A stretch of DNA of 64,000 bases, taken from positions 1 to 64,000 of IMG/VR virus record IMGVR_UViG_3300031867_000002; one strand, written 5' to 3'. Below, piece after piece: positions 19,701-29,230 of the stretch. This DNA comes from a virus. Taxonomy: Duplodnaviria; Caudoviricetes. How positions within the stretch are numbered: position 1 is the stretch's first letter; the number at the start of each line of letters is the position of its first letter. The translations under genes were made by a program, and so were the position numbers. A model generated the notes under the pieces. It searched no databases. It saw only the letters and a program-made list of their open reading frames with translations, and was not told the origin of the DNA.

Positions 19701-21971
19701 TTCAATTAGTTCTCTAACTGATTTACCCTTAACTTTCTTAGACTTAAGGTCATCACTAAGAGAATTAATTCTAGCTTTACGAGTAGCAGAAGCTTTAATC
19801 TCAGTAGATTCTTCGTCAGAAATATCCTGAATAAGATTAGCAATATATTCATCATTATCAAGTTTATCTAGTGCTTCTTCTGTAGATGTAGAAGTAGCTG
19901 CAGCATCTTGAATCTTTGCAACAAGTTCTTCTTTTTTCTTTTCCGTAACTTCTTTAGAAACTTGTTTTTCAGTCTTAGGCTTATCGTCTTTATCTTTTAC
20001 CTTTACTGGTTTAGAAGATGTAGTCTTTTTAATTTCACTACTCTTTTGTGGTTTAGTTTGCGTTTCCTTTTCTCCATCTTTAGCCTTATTATCTGGTTCT
20101 GGTTTTTCTTCAAGTTTAGAAAGAATACTAAGCTTTCCTAGTGCTCCATAAAGTTCAATATTTTGAGACTTTTCAAGCTTATCAACAATATCAGTTACTA
20201 TTGCATCTGGAGAGTCCTGAACCATTTCATCATCTACAGGAACAGCTCTATTAAAGATATTATTGATATTAGAAATGAATCTTTGTAGTTGAGACTTTTG
20301 GAATTCTGTAAAGTTTACTTTGAAGTAAGTGTTATATCCAAAGAAGATTACATTATTATTTCCGAAGATTTTCTTAATCTGTTCAAAATTACCTTTCTTA
20401 ACAAGACGCACTATGGCACTTATAGGATTAAGGTCTTTGTTGTAATCAAATACATTAACATCTTTATTATAATAGTCCAGTACAGGAATAAAAATTGTTT
20501 TAGTCTTGTATTCTTTATCAATAGATTTATTATTAAGAAAACGATGTAGAGTTTCGGAGTACACTTTAAGTCCTTGTTCACCAAGCTTATTATTGTTTTC
20601 AATGAATAGCTTATTGTAATAAGAGATATCAAAGAATAGATTTAATCCTTTATATGCTGATACATTTACTTTAGTAAACTTAATAGCTGGACATTGAGAC
20701 TTTACAACACTATATACGTCAAATAATTCTTTTTGTGTACGAATTCTATCATCATACATATAGCGTCTAAGTTTGTTATCTACAGCATCTTCGTAAAATA
20801 TATCATCGTTAGGGAAATACACATTCTCACCAATCTGAATATATGTCTCTCCTATTACATTATTAAGAGAGAATGATTCTTTTACTTCTTGCTCTCCAAG
20901 TTTCTTCATGTCAATATAAATGACTGGATACTTTTCAGTTTTATTATAAGTCTTACCTAAAGCTTTTAGTGATGTAGCTCTATCTAGAACAGAACCATTT
21001 TGAATATATGATGTCTTAAGTCTTTTAATCAATACTTTATCTCTGTTAAGAGAATATACAGGAACTATTCTATCTTTAGTTTGATTAGCATACATGAAAT
21101 CTCTAAATACATAGATTAGATACTTAGTAATTTCTTCTTTAGCATCTTCATTATCAAAGCTATCATCTTCAAGATATATACAATATTCTAATCCATATAC
21201 TGGATGTTTATATGCTACTGCAAATCCAGCAAGATTATTTTCTTGGTCATGACATTTTACTAGAAACTTAGCTTTAACAAATAAATCTCCTACATATTTA
21301 AAATCTATAGGGTTCTTTACAATACTAAGACATTCTTTTGTTTCAGCTTTGATTTCTTTCTCACTCTTATAATAAGAGAATCTATAGTCTGTAAGATATT
21401 CTATAGGAAATGGCCATGTTGTGTACTTAGCTTCTTTAATAGGTTTCCAAAAAGCATGAAGTCTGTTTTCTTCACTCACTTCAATATCAGTAATGCCATA
21501 CTGTTTTACTTTCTTAATGATATTCTTAGCAAGCTTCTTTTCATATTCTACAGGACAATGGTTAAACATTCTGATTGCAGCTTTAACATGAGCTACATCA
21601 TTAAGAGGAAAAGAACGAGTCTCTGGAATACCAAATTCTGAATCTGGAAGTTCTTTTCTATCTTTAGAAGCTAACTTACCTTCATTAATAAAAGCTTGTA
21701 CTGTTTCATCTTCATACTGTACAAACTCTTGAATTTCTCCAGTATCAGCTTTAATAATAGCATTAATAGATTTATCTACATAGTATGACCTAAACCAGTT
21801 ACGATTAATAACCATAGGACAATTAATCATATCAATAGAAGAACTGATGTCAGGTGTTAAAAGATATATAAGACTCCCTTTTTTATTATTGTCTTTATCT
21901 AGAGGAATGAATAACTTATTACTTCCTCTATACATCTTAAGATTCTTTAAATCATTAACATGAATAGCCAT
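16734..21971 (-). CDS. Putative virion RNA polymerase beta subunit (large N-terminal part) with long N-terminal extension
   Basis: HDDPFRLAMS, GFEDSCVVS, GDKLIFLGAQKGV and PIDAI are RpoB motifs; ends before the RpoB C-terminal region; start moved to MAIHVNDL (AAAGGAG SD, late promoter 21999-22010). Confidence 0.85.
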   Translation of the reverse strand: MAIHVNDLKNLKMYRGSNKLFIPLDKDNNKKGSLIYLLTPDISSSIDMINCPMVINRNWFRSYYVDKSINAIIKADTGEIQEFVQYEDETVQAFINEGKLASKDRKELPDSEFGIPETRSFPLNDVAHVKAAIRMFNHCPVEYEKKLAKNIIKKVKQYGITDIEVSEENRLHAFWKPIKEAKYTTWPFPIEYLTDYRFSYYKSEKEIKAETKECLSIVKNPIDFKYVGDLFVKAKFLVKCHDQENNLAGFAVAYKHPVYGLEYCIYLEDDSFDNEDAKEEITKYLIYVFRDFMYANQTKDRIVPVYSLNRDKVLIKRLKTSYIQNGSVLDRATSLKALGKTYNKTEKYPVIYIDMKKLGEQEVKESFSLNNVIGETYIQIGENVYFPNDDIFYEDAVDNKLRRYMYDDRIRTQKELFDVYSVVKSQCPAIKFTKVNVSAYKGLNLFFDISYYNKLFIENNNKLGEQGLKVYSETLHRFLNNKSIDKEYKTKTIFIPVLDYYNKDVNVFDYNKDLNPISAIVRLVKKGNFEQIKKIFGNNNVIFFGYNTYFKVNFTEFQKSQLQRFISNINNIFNRAVPVDDEMVQDSPDAIVTDIVDKLEKSQNIELYGALGKLSILSKLEEKPEPDNKAKDGEKETQTKPQKSSEIKKTTSSKPVKVKDKDDKPKTEKQVSKEVTEKKKEELVAKIQDAAATSTSTEEALDKLDNDEYIANLIQDISDEESTEIKASATRKARINSLSDDLKSKKVKGKSVRELIEKSEDISDDKPLEVTSANINSINNDQWDNLQYINFNEEYDVDEDIMAILDFFATRTVPVGIRDVQVENTTTSEDLKETWTVQCEDISGTRFNLKFDIPLLKNNRFMRIKGNDKTINAQLMNLPIIKTEADTTQITTNYNKIFFYQFGSAIGKSNVVTGKLIKALDKYSGKSIMTRNGSNNITALKYEIPMDYADIGKGYVTISYKNTTFYFDQDEIREKYADKIDLSKGLPIGYDGKQIIYSDGSKFCATIIAETLCEDKEFAEHYDAAKPSVKYAYSQASILNTKMPVIVICAYCEGLIKTLNKAAIEYKISDKREKLDVTEWDTIRFKDGYLSYKINYNSSLLMNGLKECDTEDYSIKDINTKTMWTEQLDNFGGRIKADGLDNFYDLMFDPITQRVCRMYKLPEEFVEGLIYSNNLLSDTKFNKHTDISGNRFRTNEIIAGYTYKELSKAYADYRTKLKKQGKATMTIKQSAIIDAIMADSTASDASTINDLWYAEANNTVSFKGLSGLNSDRSYSLEKRTYDESMTNVLGMSTGFAGTVGVTRVATTNANVNSKRGYISGDAKNNTMNDVNTMTTAENLTPMCTTHDDPFRLAMSYVQRTKHDMRVDGGDPLLITNGMDDALSVFTPDVFTFNAKSDGRIIERDEDHIVVQYDNGNIDYVDLNNKVYKNSDGGFYTSIKLEPAKGLGKTVKKGQLIAYDPKSYTVNCGYDDNATYNQGTLAKIAIITSDKGFEDSCVVSSYISDALSSSVIMEVPVTLSKNTNVFNMVKVGEPVQEGDPLLIIQNTFEDNDVNVLLKNLVDDEDTVTSLGRIPIKSHNTGIVEDIRIYRTCELDEMSPSLKKIVSEYEKKENRKASQVAKYDETLSKQYKAQKLEQDGKLKGVEDGVLIEIFVAYKDDFSVGDKLIFLGAQKGVAKEVIPEGEEPTSSYRPNEPIDAIASMVSFDKRMCCAPLQYTLMGKGLVELDRQVKDIMGIKQEYSVRHKF

Positions 21972-22106
21972 ATACATACTCCTTTCGTAGTTTGATATTA
22001 TGTGAATGTTCAAGATACATATTTGTAATGATTGTTTAACATAATTGTATATAATTATAGTAGTAACAAGTATAAAAATAAAAGTAAACAAAAAGGAGGA
22101 TTTACT

Positions 22107-22466
22107 ATGTTACAGAAGGAATATCAGATTAATTATGCCGACATTAGAACTAATAAATCTGAGGTCGGCGAACTTTTTATCATCCAGACTGATAAAAGAA
22201 GAATGGATGATGTTCATCGACTTCAGCCTATAGAGGTTGAAGTCGAAGCCGAAGCTGTAGAAGAAAATTTTGATGCAGATAAATGCATTAATACATCTGT
22301 ATCAATATTTATGCTATTTTCATTTCTCGCCGTTATATTCGGATGCTTTTACCTGCATCCAGTAGCTTCTACAGTTGTTGCTGTTGCTACTAGTATTTCA
22401 GCTCTGTTTATTAACAGAGCTGTAAGATTACACGATATTCGTGTAGCTAAGAAACAGCGGGATTGA
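22107..22466 (+). CDS. Small membrane protein in an early cassette
   Basis: AAGGAGG SD; two C-terminal hydrophobic helices; terminator about 22476-22507. Confidence 0.7.
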   Translation: MLQKEYQINYADIRTNKSEVGELFIIQTDKRRMDDVHRLQPIEVEVEAEAVEENFDADKCINTSVSIFMLFSFLAVIFGCFYLHPVASTVVAVATSISALFINRAVRLHDIRVAKKQRD

Positions 22467-22506
22467 CAGGACAATAAAGAAGCGGGATGATAGTCCCGCT
22501 TCTTTT

Positions 22507-25143
22507 TTATCTGTAAGACCAAATAATATTACCATCTGTAATTATATCGTTATCATTTTTAAGAAGTATTACATCACACTCACTCATCTGTATTTCAGAG
22601 TTATGACTAATCAATACACACTGAGAAGCTTTTACTAAAGACATGAGTTTATAAAGAATAGTTATAAACTCTCTTCTGTTTTCTGAATCAAACGGAGCAT
22701 CAATTTCGTCTCCAACAATAATGTTTAATTTAGTAGATGTTTGACTCAATAGAGCAATAGATATAATCATAGAGATTAAGGATACTTGTGCTGAAGACAT
22801 ACTTGTAATATCATCATGATTGATACCACCATTTACAGCAACAGGAATTCTAAATTCACTTTCTGTTACTACTAATGGTAACAATGCAAAGACACCTCCA
22901 AATAATCCACTCAGTATATTATTAGCGCTAGCGAGAATCTTATTAAGATACATATTAGCAAACAGTAATTGGATACCTGTAGTAGGAGAACAGTAATATC
23001 TAAGAGTATCAATCTTTTCATACATTGTTTGATACTTGTTTAATTCTTCTGTGTACTCTATACTATTTCTAATCTTATAGTTTAAAGATTCTCTTTCTTC
23101 TCTTAAAGGTTTGAGATGTTCTTTAAGTTCTTTAATATTTATTTCTAGTTTTGATAAGTCTTCGTTTATTTTTTGTAGTCTATCTATATTAGTTCTATTA
23201 GTTTCAATCTCATCTTTTAGTATTCTAATAGAATCATCTAGATTATTTATCATAGCAGTCTTTTCTAAATAACTATCATACAAGTCTATTGTAACACTTA
23301 TTCTTTTGAAATCAGAGTTGATATCATTTAATACTCTATTGAGTTCTGTAATAGTTTTAGTATCAGATTCTAGTTGATTCTGAAGTCTAGATATATCAGA
23401 AACAATCATATTAACGAAATCTTCTTGAGATGATAAAGCGTGATACTTGTTTTCAATATCACTAAGAGATTTAGAAATCTTCCTGTATTCTTCTATATCG
23501 TTTATATAATCCAATACACCTCTAATAGTAATCATTATGTTATTACTATCATATTTAAGCTGTTGTATACAATTCTCAAAAGTATCAAATCCAAAGTTAA
23601 GAAGTCTAAATATTCTTTGATTAACTGTATATAGTTTAAGAAGATATCTATTGTTACTAATTATATCAAGTCTTTGTTGATACACATCTTTATCTCTATT
23701 AAGCTGAGATATAGATTTAGTATTCTTTTTAATACTAATCATGTTATCTAGTATAGTCTTTGCTTTTAATGCATCTGCTATAAAGGGACAAGAATCATCT
23801 CTACAAGTAGATGGACGTTTTTCTAATATAGATACTTTATCTTCTGCTGATGCTATACGATTATTATCATTCACAAGTTGTTCTATACTATCTTCTATAT
23901 TCTTGATTTCTGATATACACATTCTATATTCGTTATCTAAATCTCCAGATATAATATCTGTAGTAGACAATATATCAATCATCTCTTTTATGATTTTATA
24001 TATACTTATGAATTCATCTGAAGTTATATTGTTAAGACTTACAATACTACCCCATCTACTTTCAATCTTACGTTTCTTATCATTTAATTCTTCTTTAACT
24101 CTTTTTACATCTGACAACGAACCAGCAGAATTAATAGATTTAAGTTTTGTTGTTTTAACTTGAAGCTCTTCGCTATCTACTCTACGAGATTCGGTTAACA
24201 TAGTTATCTTACTATTAATTGAGCTAGCTTTATTAGACAACTCAATTAATTTTGCTCTAAGTTCTGTAACAAGTTCTGGTGTTATATTCATTGTTATTAT
24301 ATCAGGATACTTGGTGTATATTTTTCTAAGCTCCTTGTCAACTTCATTGCGTTTTTCTTGATATTCAGACAAACTAGAAACAAGTCTATCTATACGCTCT
24401 CTAATCTTATTATCTGGGTCTATAGACTGGAGCATTCCTTTTTCTTTATTCATTATTTCAGTTTGTCTTTCAATAGCAGATTCATACTCTTCTATCCTTG
24501 TATCAAGAGCACTAATTGACTGTTCTAATTGAGTTACATTACCTATATTATCAATCTTAGCAGCAATTGATTGTACAAGTGCTTTCAGATTAGATGCTTT
24601 CTTACTTAATACTTTATACATATCATTATATACATCGGTAGCTGATAAGATAGCATTAACATAACGCTTTCTATCTCCAGGTTTTAAATCTGCAATACCA
24701 CGTTTAGTACTAGATAATTGAGTAAGAGCTATATAGTTAGGGTCTAGTTGTAATTCTTCATATATCACGTCTTTACATCCAGTAATATTACCAGAAGGAT
24801 TTAGTTCTGATATAAATCCATTAACACTTTTTGATATATAACCTTTTGTAGTTCTAGAAGACACACCTTTACATTCATGAATAAATCTAATAGAATATAC
24901 AGTTCCAGTAATCTCATCTATATATTCAATTTCTTTCATAGCATTCTTACCAGCAATAAAAGCACTATTATCATCTGGTAATGGTTTAAGTGCACTTTCG
25001 ATAGTGCTTTTACCAGAACCATTATCTCCTTTGATAAGAATAATTCTGTGTTGACATTTGGTAAAATCAATTTCGATTTCATTAAGACCAAGACCATTGT
25101 ATATACCACCATAGTTCACGAGTTTTAATCTTTTTAATAACAT
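22507..25143 (-). CDS. sbcC: SbcC/Rad50-like ATPase
   Basis: GDNGSGKST Walker A, coiled coils with central CxxxxC (CRDDSCPF) hook, MSSAQ signature, IVGDEID Walker B, ISH. Confidence 0.88.
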   Translation of the reverse strand: MLLKRLKLVNYGGIYNGLGLNEIEIDFTKCQHRIILIKGDNGSGKSTIESALKPLPDDNSAFIAGKNAMKEIEYIDEITGTVYSIRFIHECKGVSSRTTKGYISKSVNGFISELNPSGNITGCKDVIYEELQLDPNYIALTQLSSTKRGIADLKPGDRKRYVNAILSATDVYNDMYKVLSKKASNLKALVQSIAAKIDNIGNVTQLEQSISALDTRIEEYESAIERQTEIMNKEKGMLQSIDPDNKIRERIDRLVSSLSEYQEKRNEVDKELRKIYTKYPDIITMNITPELVTELRAKLIELSNKASSINSKITMLTESRRVDSEELQVKTTKLKSINSAGSLSDVKRVKEELNDKKRKIESRWGSIVSLNNITSDEFISIYKIIKEMIDILSTTDIISGDLDNEYRMCISEIKNIEDSIEQLVNDNNRIASAEDKVSILEKRPSTCRDDSCPFIADALKAKTILDNMISIKKNTKSISQLNRDKDVYQQRLDIISNNRYLLKLYTVNQRIFRLLNFGFDTFENCIQQLKYDSNNIMITIRGVLDYINDIEEYRKISKSLSDIENKYHALSSQEDFVNMIVSDISRLQNQLESDTKTITELNRVLNDINSDFKRISVTIDLYDSYLEKTAMINNLDDSIRILKDEIETNRTNIDRLQKINEDLSKLEINIKELKEHLKPLREERESLNYKIRNSIEYTEELNKYQTMYEKIDTLRYYCSPTTGIQLLFANMYLNKILASANNILSGLFGGVFALLPLVVTESEFRIPVAVNGGINHDDITSMSSAQVSLISMIISIALLSQTSTKLNIIVGDEIDAPFDSENRREFITILYKLMSLVKASQCVLISHNSEIQMSECDVILLKNDNDIITDGNIIWSYR

Positions 25144-25319
25144 CGTAATTCCTCCTTATTGCGTACGCTGACGTTTATATATTAGTTCTAGATAGTGTAA
25201 AAGCAGACTAAATCCCATGAGGATAACCTCATGGGATTAGACTTCGTTAAAAAAGGAGTCATTTTTTATGAATTCTTTACAACGATTGTAGGAATTGGTG
25301 GCTGGTTTATGGAAACCAG

Positions 25320-25395
25320 TGGTCGAGATGGCTGGGCTCGAACCAGCGACCAGCCCCTTATAAGGAGGCCGTTCTACCGACTGAACTACACCTCG
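25320..25395 (-). tRNA. tRNA-Ile (TAT)
   Basis: cgaggtg/catctcg acceptor, gcctc-ctTATaa-ggggc, GTTCGAG T-loop, CCA. Confidence 0.85.
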
Positions 25396-25401
25396 AATAA
25401 A

Positions 25402-25475
25402 TCGGGATGACAGGACTCGAACCTGCGGCATCTTGGTCCCAAACCAAGCACTCTGCCAAACTGAGTTACATCCCG
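25402..25475 (-). tRNA. tRNA-Pro (TGG), CCA not encoded
   Basis: cgggatg/catcccg acceptor, cttgg-ttTGGga-ccaag. Confidence 0.9.
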
Positions 25476-25481
25476 TTCTAG

Positions 25482-25687
25482 GGTTGTTATAAAACTAGGT
25501 AGTTCAGTATCCGAATGTGGATACCTTATACAAAATCTCAAACATCAGTATCTAGAATGATGATGACTATCGCTAGCGTTAATAGTCAAGCTTTTGGATT
25601 CTATCTCTTAACTAAATTTCTCAATCCCAATAAAGGATATATTGAAAGATAATAAAGTGTTTTGATTAAACTAAGTTTATAACAACC
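25482..25687 (-). ncRNA. Candidate structured RNA of about 206 nt directly upstream of tRNA-Pro
   Basis: Ends form a 12-bp perfect stem GGTTGTTATAAA/TTTATAACAACC; internal hairpins gtatcc/ggatac and tgactat/atagtca; no ORF. Confidence 0.5.
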
Positions 25688-25843
25688 AATGGACATTAAT
25701 ACAAGGAGTTATCTTATATTAATGATGTATGACCCAGCAACTAAGTTACTGGGTCGCCTAGACTGTCTAGACAAGTAGGAGGTCACATTGGCACACCATG
25801 GCAGGAAACCAATGTTTATGTCAAACCGTGAGGTTGTAGCAGG

Positions 25844-26221
25844 TTATTTCATATTTTCTACGATATCGAGAATATGTTTATTAATAGATTCTACATTGTT
25901 AGAATTCTTTCTAATCATATCGTCAATATCTTTTTCAGCATTATCAAGAATATGTCTTTCCTTTTTAAAACAGTTAAGTACGTATTTATAATACTGACGT
26001 TCCATTTTAGATTCAGCAATATGAATTGCTTCTCTTACATTATCAGCATCACCGTCTTTAAGTCTAGCAATACCTTCAAATAGTTTAGCTTTTTCAAAGA
26101 ATCTAGCAGGTGATGTAACTAAATAAGAATTATCGAAGTCACTGTATTCTACTACTGCGTGTACAACAATTCTATCTTTCTGGACATCAACGGATTTCTT
26201 ATCTTTGAGTACATGTGTCAT
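25844..26221 (-). CDS. Hypothetical phage protein
   Basis: 125 aa, SD, late promoter at 26279. Confidence 0.75.
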   Translation of the reverse strand: MTHVLKDKKSVDVQKDRIVVHAVVEYSDFDNSYLVTSPARFFEKAKLFEGIARLKDGDADNVREAIHIAESKMERQYYKYVLNCFKKERHILDNAEKDIDDMIRKNSNNVESINKHILDIVENMK

Positions 26222-26389
26222 ATTATTCGCTCCTTTAAAATAATTGTGTTAGATTTTACCTAATGATTACTTATATGTTTATATAGTATTTAAAAAATAA
26301 AATACCGCCTTGACCATTGCCAAGGCGGTGTGTATGTTTGGAGGTACTCGTTCAAATATATCACTCTTGTATGCCATATTACTATTGTT

Positions 26390-26779
26390 TTAGGAATCAG
26401 TCCCATCTGTTTGATTATTTGATTCTTGGTCCTCCTCGTTATAGTCGTCAGAAGTATTTACTATATTGTTGTATATTTTGTTAATGTCAATACTAAATCT
26501 GTTTTTAACAGTAGTACAAATAGCTTCATAGAATCCAACTGAAGATAAACCTAGAAATGCTAAGATTATTATCTTAGAAACTACAGGTTCATCATCATAT
26601 GTACCAGGAATTAAAAATCCTAGAACTATAGCTACTAACGCATTAATATATGGAATATATTTATTTGGTAGTTTCTTTAAGCTGCCCTTAAGAAACATTC
26701 CAACGACAAAGCATCCTAAAATGATAATAATACCATTACCTAAAAACAAATCGGCTATATAAGTTGAGATATTGTCCAT
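26390..26779 (-). CDS. Putative holin
   Basis: Three TM segments, LPNKYIP motif typical of Firmicute phage holins, hydrophilic tail; late promoter at 26805. Confidence 0.65.
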   Translation of the reverse strand: MDNISTYIADLFLGNGIIIILGCFVVGMFLKGSLKKLPNKYIPYINALVAIVLGFLIPGTYDDEPVVSKIIILAFLGLSSVGFYEAICTTVKNRFSIDINKIYNNIVNTSDDYNEEDQESNNQTDGTDS

Positions 26780-26843
26780 AACATCATCTCCTTTATACAA
26801 ATGTTAAAAAATAAGAGGGTAGTGAGAACTACCCTCTTATTAA

Positions 26844-27206
26844 TTAGAATGGACAATCGTCATCATCTGAAATATTTACAAATGGATTACCATCACTTTC
26901 AAGAAGTTTAATACCTAATGCTGAAGAACGTTTAGTATTATCTTTATAGATATCCTGAAACATAGCTAAAACGAATTTATCATCTGGATATACTGTATAA
27001 CCTCCATTTGAATTAGGAGCTACATATAAACATTTTTTACAATGCATACAATATGCAGCAACTCTATAATTCTCGCTATGAAGAAACTCAGGAATTCCAT
27101 CTCTATTGATAGTATAATCGTATACCATTCCTTCTACAATATTAACAATTCCTCCACAATATGGGCAAGAGCCATTATATGGACGGAACATATTACCAGC
27201 AACCAT
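26844..27206 (-). CDS. Zinc-ribbon protein
   Basis: CPYC...CMHC. Confidence 0.65.
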   Translation of the reverse strand: MVAGNMFRPYNGSCPYCGGIVNIVEGMVYDYTINRDGIPEFLHSENYRVAAYCMHCKKCLYVAPNSNGGYTVYPDDKFVLAMFQDIYKDNTKRSSALGIKLLESDGNPFVNISDDDDCPF

Positions 27207-27217
27207 ATTATCTCTCC

Positions 27218-27463
27218 TTAAGTTGGGTCAGTGTAACGAATCTTACGAATATCTCCAGACATAATAACTCTAGCATCGCTATATCTAGAAGAATAGGATT
27301 CTGGGTCACGTGTCATAAAGGTATATCTTTTATAATTACCAGCAACCATAACTTTACCTAGTTGTGGATTCTTAATGCCATTCTTATCAGCAAGTTCTTT
27401 AATCTTGTTGTAATGCTCATACGAAAACATAAAGTATCTCGTATATAAACTATCAGATGCCAT
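27218..27463 (-). CDS. Hypothetical protein
   Basis: 81 aa, AAAGGAGGTG SD. Confidence 0.75.
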   Translation of the reverse strand: MASDSLYTRYFMFSYEHYNKIKELADKNGIKNPQLGKVMVAGNYKRYTFMTRDPESYSSRYSDARVIMSGDIRKIRYTDPT

Positions 27464-27494
27464 AAAGACACCTCCTTTCTTGATTATTTAAAAG

Positions 27495-29225
27495 TTACTC
27501 ATAGACATCTGTTCCTACTGTAAATTGTACTAGATTCTTAATAGCTCTTTCTATGGGTTCTAATAATTCTTTTCCTTCTTTAGTACCTAAGAGTTCTTCT
27601 CTAGTTTGAAATACAGAACGCATAGAAGTTATTCTACGATAATCTTCCATTACACTTTCTTGTACTTCTTTCCAATTACATGGTTCTTTAAATTCTCCAA
27701 GATAATTACCAACTCCAATATCTGCATAAGGACAAATAAGACCAGTCATACCAGGGTCACCAGCAGGACTAGTATCACAGTCAACTTTGCCTATATGAGA
27801 TGGGTTTGCAAGTCTATATTTTACAGGTACTGCACTAGCTTTATTTTCACCAATACCAGATACACCTTTAAAAGTATACTTAAGAACACTGAAGATATCA
27901 TCATCATTTACAGAGTTCTTGTAAGATACAAGATTACCTTTCTTAAGATTATCAAGAATATAATCGTGTTGAATAGTAAGACTCTTAAGAAGTTTTTCTG
28001 CTGTAAGACTATTAATAGATTTAGATGCATTGATAAGATTATAGGATAATTTGCTTGCATAATAACCTGCGATATAACTTGAAATCTTAAGTTTCTTATA
28101 AGTCATATCATAATTATCCTTGTTCCAAAGAGCATCAAATTCATACATCTCCCAACGAAAGATATCAATAAGATTTCTTTTATTATCATCAGGTAATCTA
28201 AGCTCTTCTTTCATGGAGATATCATAATTTCTCATAACAGAATCAAGCATAGCCTGTCCCTTTTCAATAGACTTGTTTTTAAAGTCCATACCGAGCATCA
28301 TAAGCCAGTAATCTCTATTGAGTACATCGTCTACATTATCACACTTCTTAGGAAGATTCAATACTACTGCATATATAAACGATTGTACTACTGGACAATT
28401 AGCAAAGAAGTATCTTGGTACAGATATCCATAAAGTATCTTTATTGAAATATACATATTCTGCTTCAGAACCAATATATGGTTTATTAAGAGTAATATGA
28501 ATCTCAGGAAGACAAAGATATTGAATTGCTCCAATATAACCATACATTGCAAGGAAATATTTACAAAGTGGAATATTATTACCAAACAAGTCAATTGTAT
28601 AATTGATACATTCTTGAACTGTTGGAACTAATTCTCCAGACTTCATATCAAGTTCGTACATTTCAAGTTTACTATGCTTTTCATAGATATTATATTTCTG
28701 GAATACTTGTCTAAAAGAAACATGTCTATCTCTCTTTTTACTTTGAGCATTGTTATAAGTGCTCGCATCAGCAATCTGATATAACGTACTATAGATTGTT
28801 CCAGCAATTCTAAAGTAATACTTGTTTACAACTTTAGGAATATCGATGAATACAGAACCATCTGCAGAGGTACCATTTACTTCTACATGATAATTAACCT
28901 CAAGAAGGATTACATCACTATCTTTAAGATTAATAAATTCATGAATGTTATAATCGATTCTTTTGTTTCTTCTTTTTTCTTCAGATTCCAGTTCAAAGAG
29001 AATCTCTTTAACCTTCATATAATCATCAATTACATTGAAGTAATTTACTTTGATTATAAATCTGCTATCCATGTTATCGTCCTGATTTGTAACAGACAGA
29101 ATTACATTTTTAATAGCATCTATAATTTTAGCTTCACTTCTAATAAAGAGAGCCTCATTAAAAGGCTCTCTGTGTTCTTTAGAATAAGAAGCTAAAAACT
29201 GTCTCATATCAAACATATAATTCAC
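27495..29225 (-). CDS. Putative non-virion RNA polymerase beta subunit, N-terminal part
   Basis: IDIPKVV..YFRIAG...LYQI; RLANPSHIGKVDCDTSPAGDPGMTG (RpoB HYGRxCPIETPEG region); in an early operon. Confidence 0.8.
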   Translation of the reverse strand: MNYMFDMRQFLASYSKEHREPFNEALFIRSEAKIIDAIKNVILSVTNQDDNMDSRFIIKVNYFNVIDDYMKVKEILFELESEEKRRNKRIDYNIHEFINLKDSDVILLEVNYHVEVNGTSADGSVFIDIPKVVNKYYFRIAGTIYSTLYQIADASTYNNAQSKKRDRHVSFRQVFQKYNIYEKHSKLEMYELDMKSGELVPTVQECINYTIDLFGNNIPLCKYFLAMYGYIGAIQYLCLPEIHITLNKPYIGSEAEYVYFNKDTLWISVPRYFFANCPVVQSFIYAVVLNLPKKCDNVDDVLNRDYWLMMLGMDFKNKSIEKGQAMLDSVMRNYDISMKEELRLPDDNKRNLIDIFRWEMYEFDALWNKDNYDMTYKKLKISSYIAGYYASKLSYNLINASKSINSLTAEKLLKSLTIQHDYILDNLKKGNLVSYKNSVNDDDIFSVLKYTFKGVSGIGENKASAVPVKYRLANPSHIGKVDCDTSPAGDPGMTGLICPYADIGVGNYLGEFKEPCNWKEVQESVMEDYRRITSMRSVFQTREELLGTKEGKELLEPIERAIKNLVQFTVGTDVYE

Positions 29226-29230
29226 GCTCC

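Noticed and set aside
25237-25431. 64-aa ORF
   Set aside because: Overlaps tRNA-Ile and tRNA-Pro; shadow ORF
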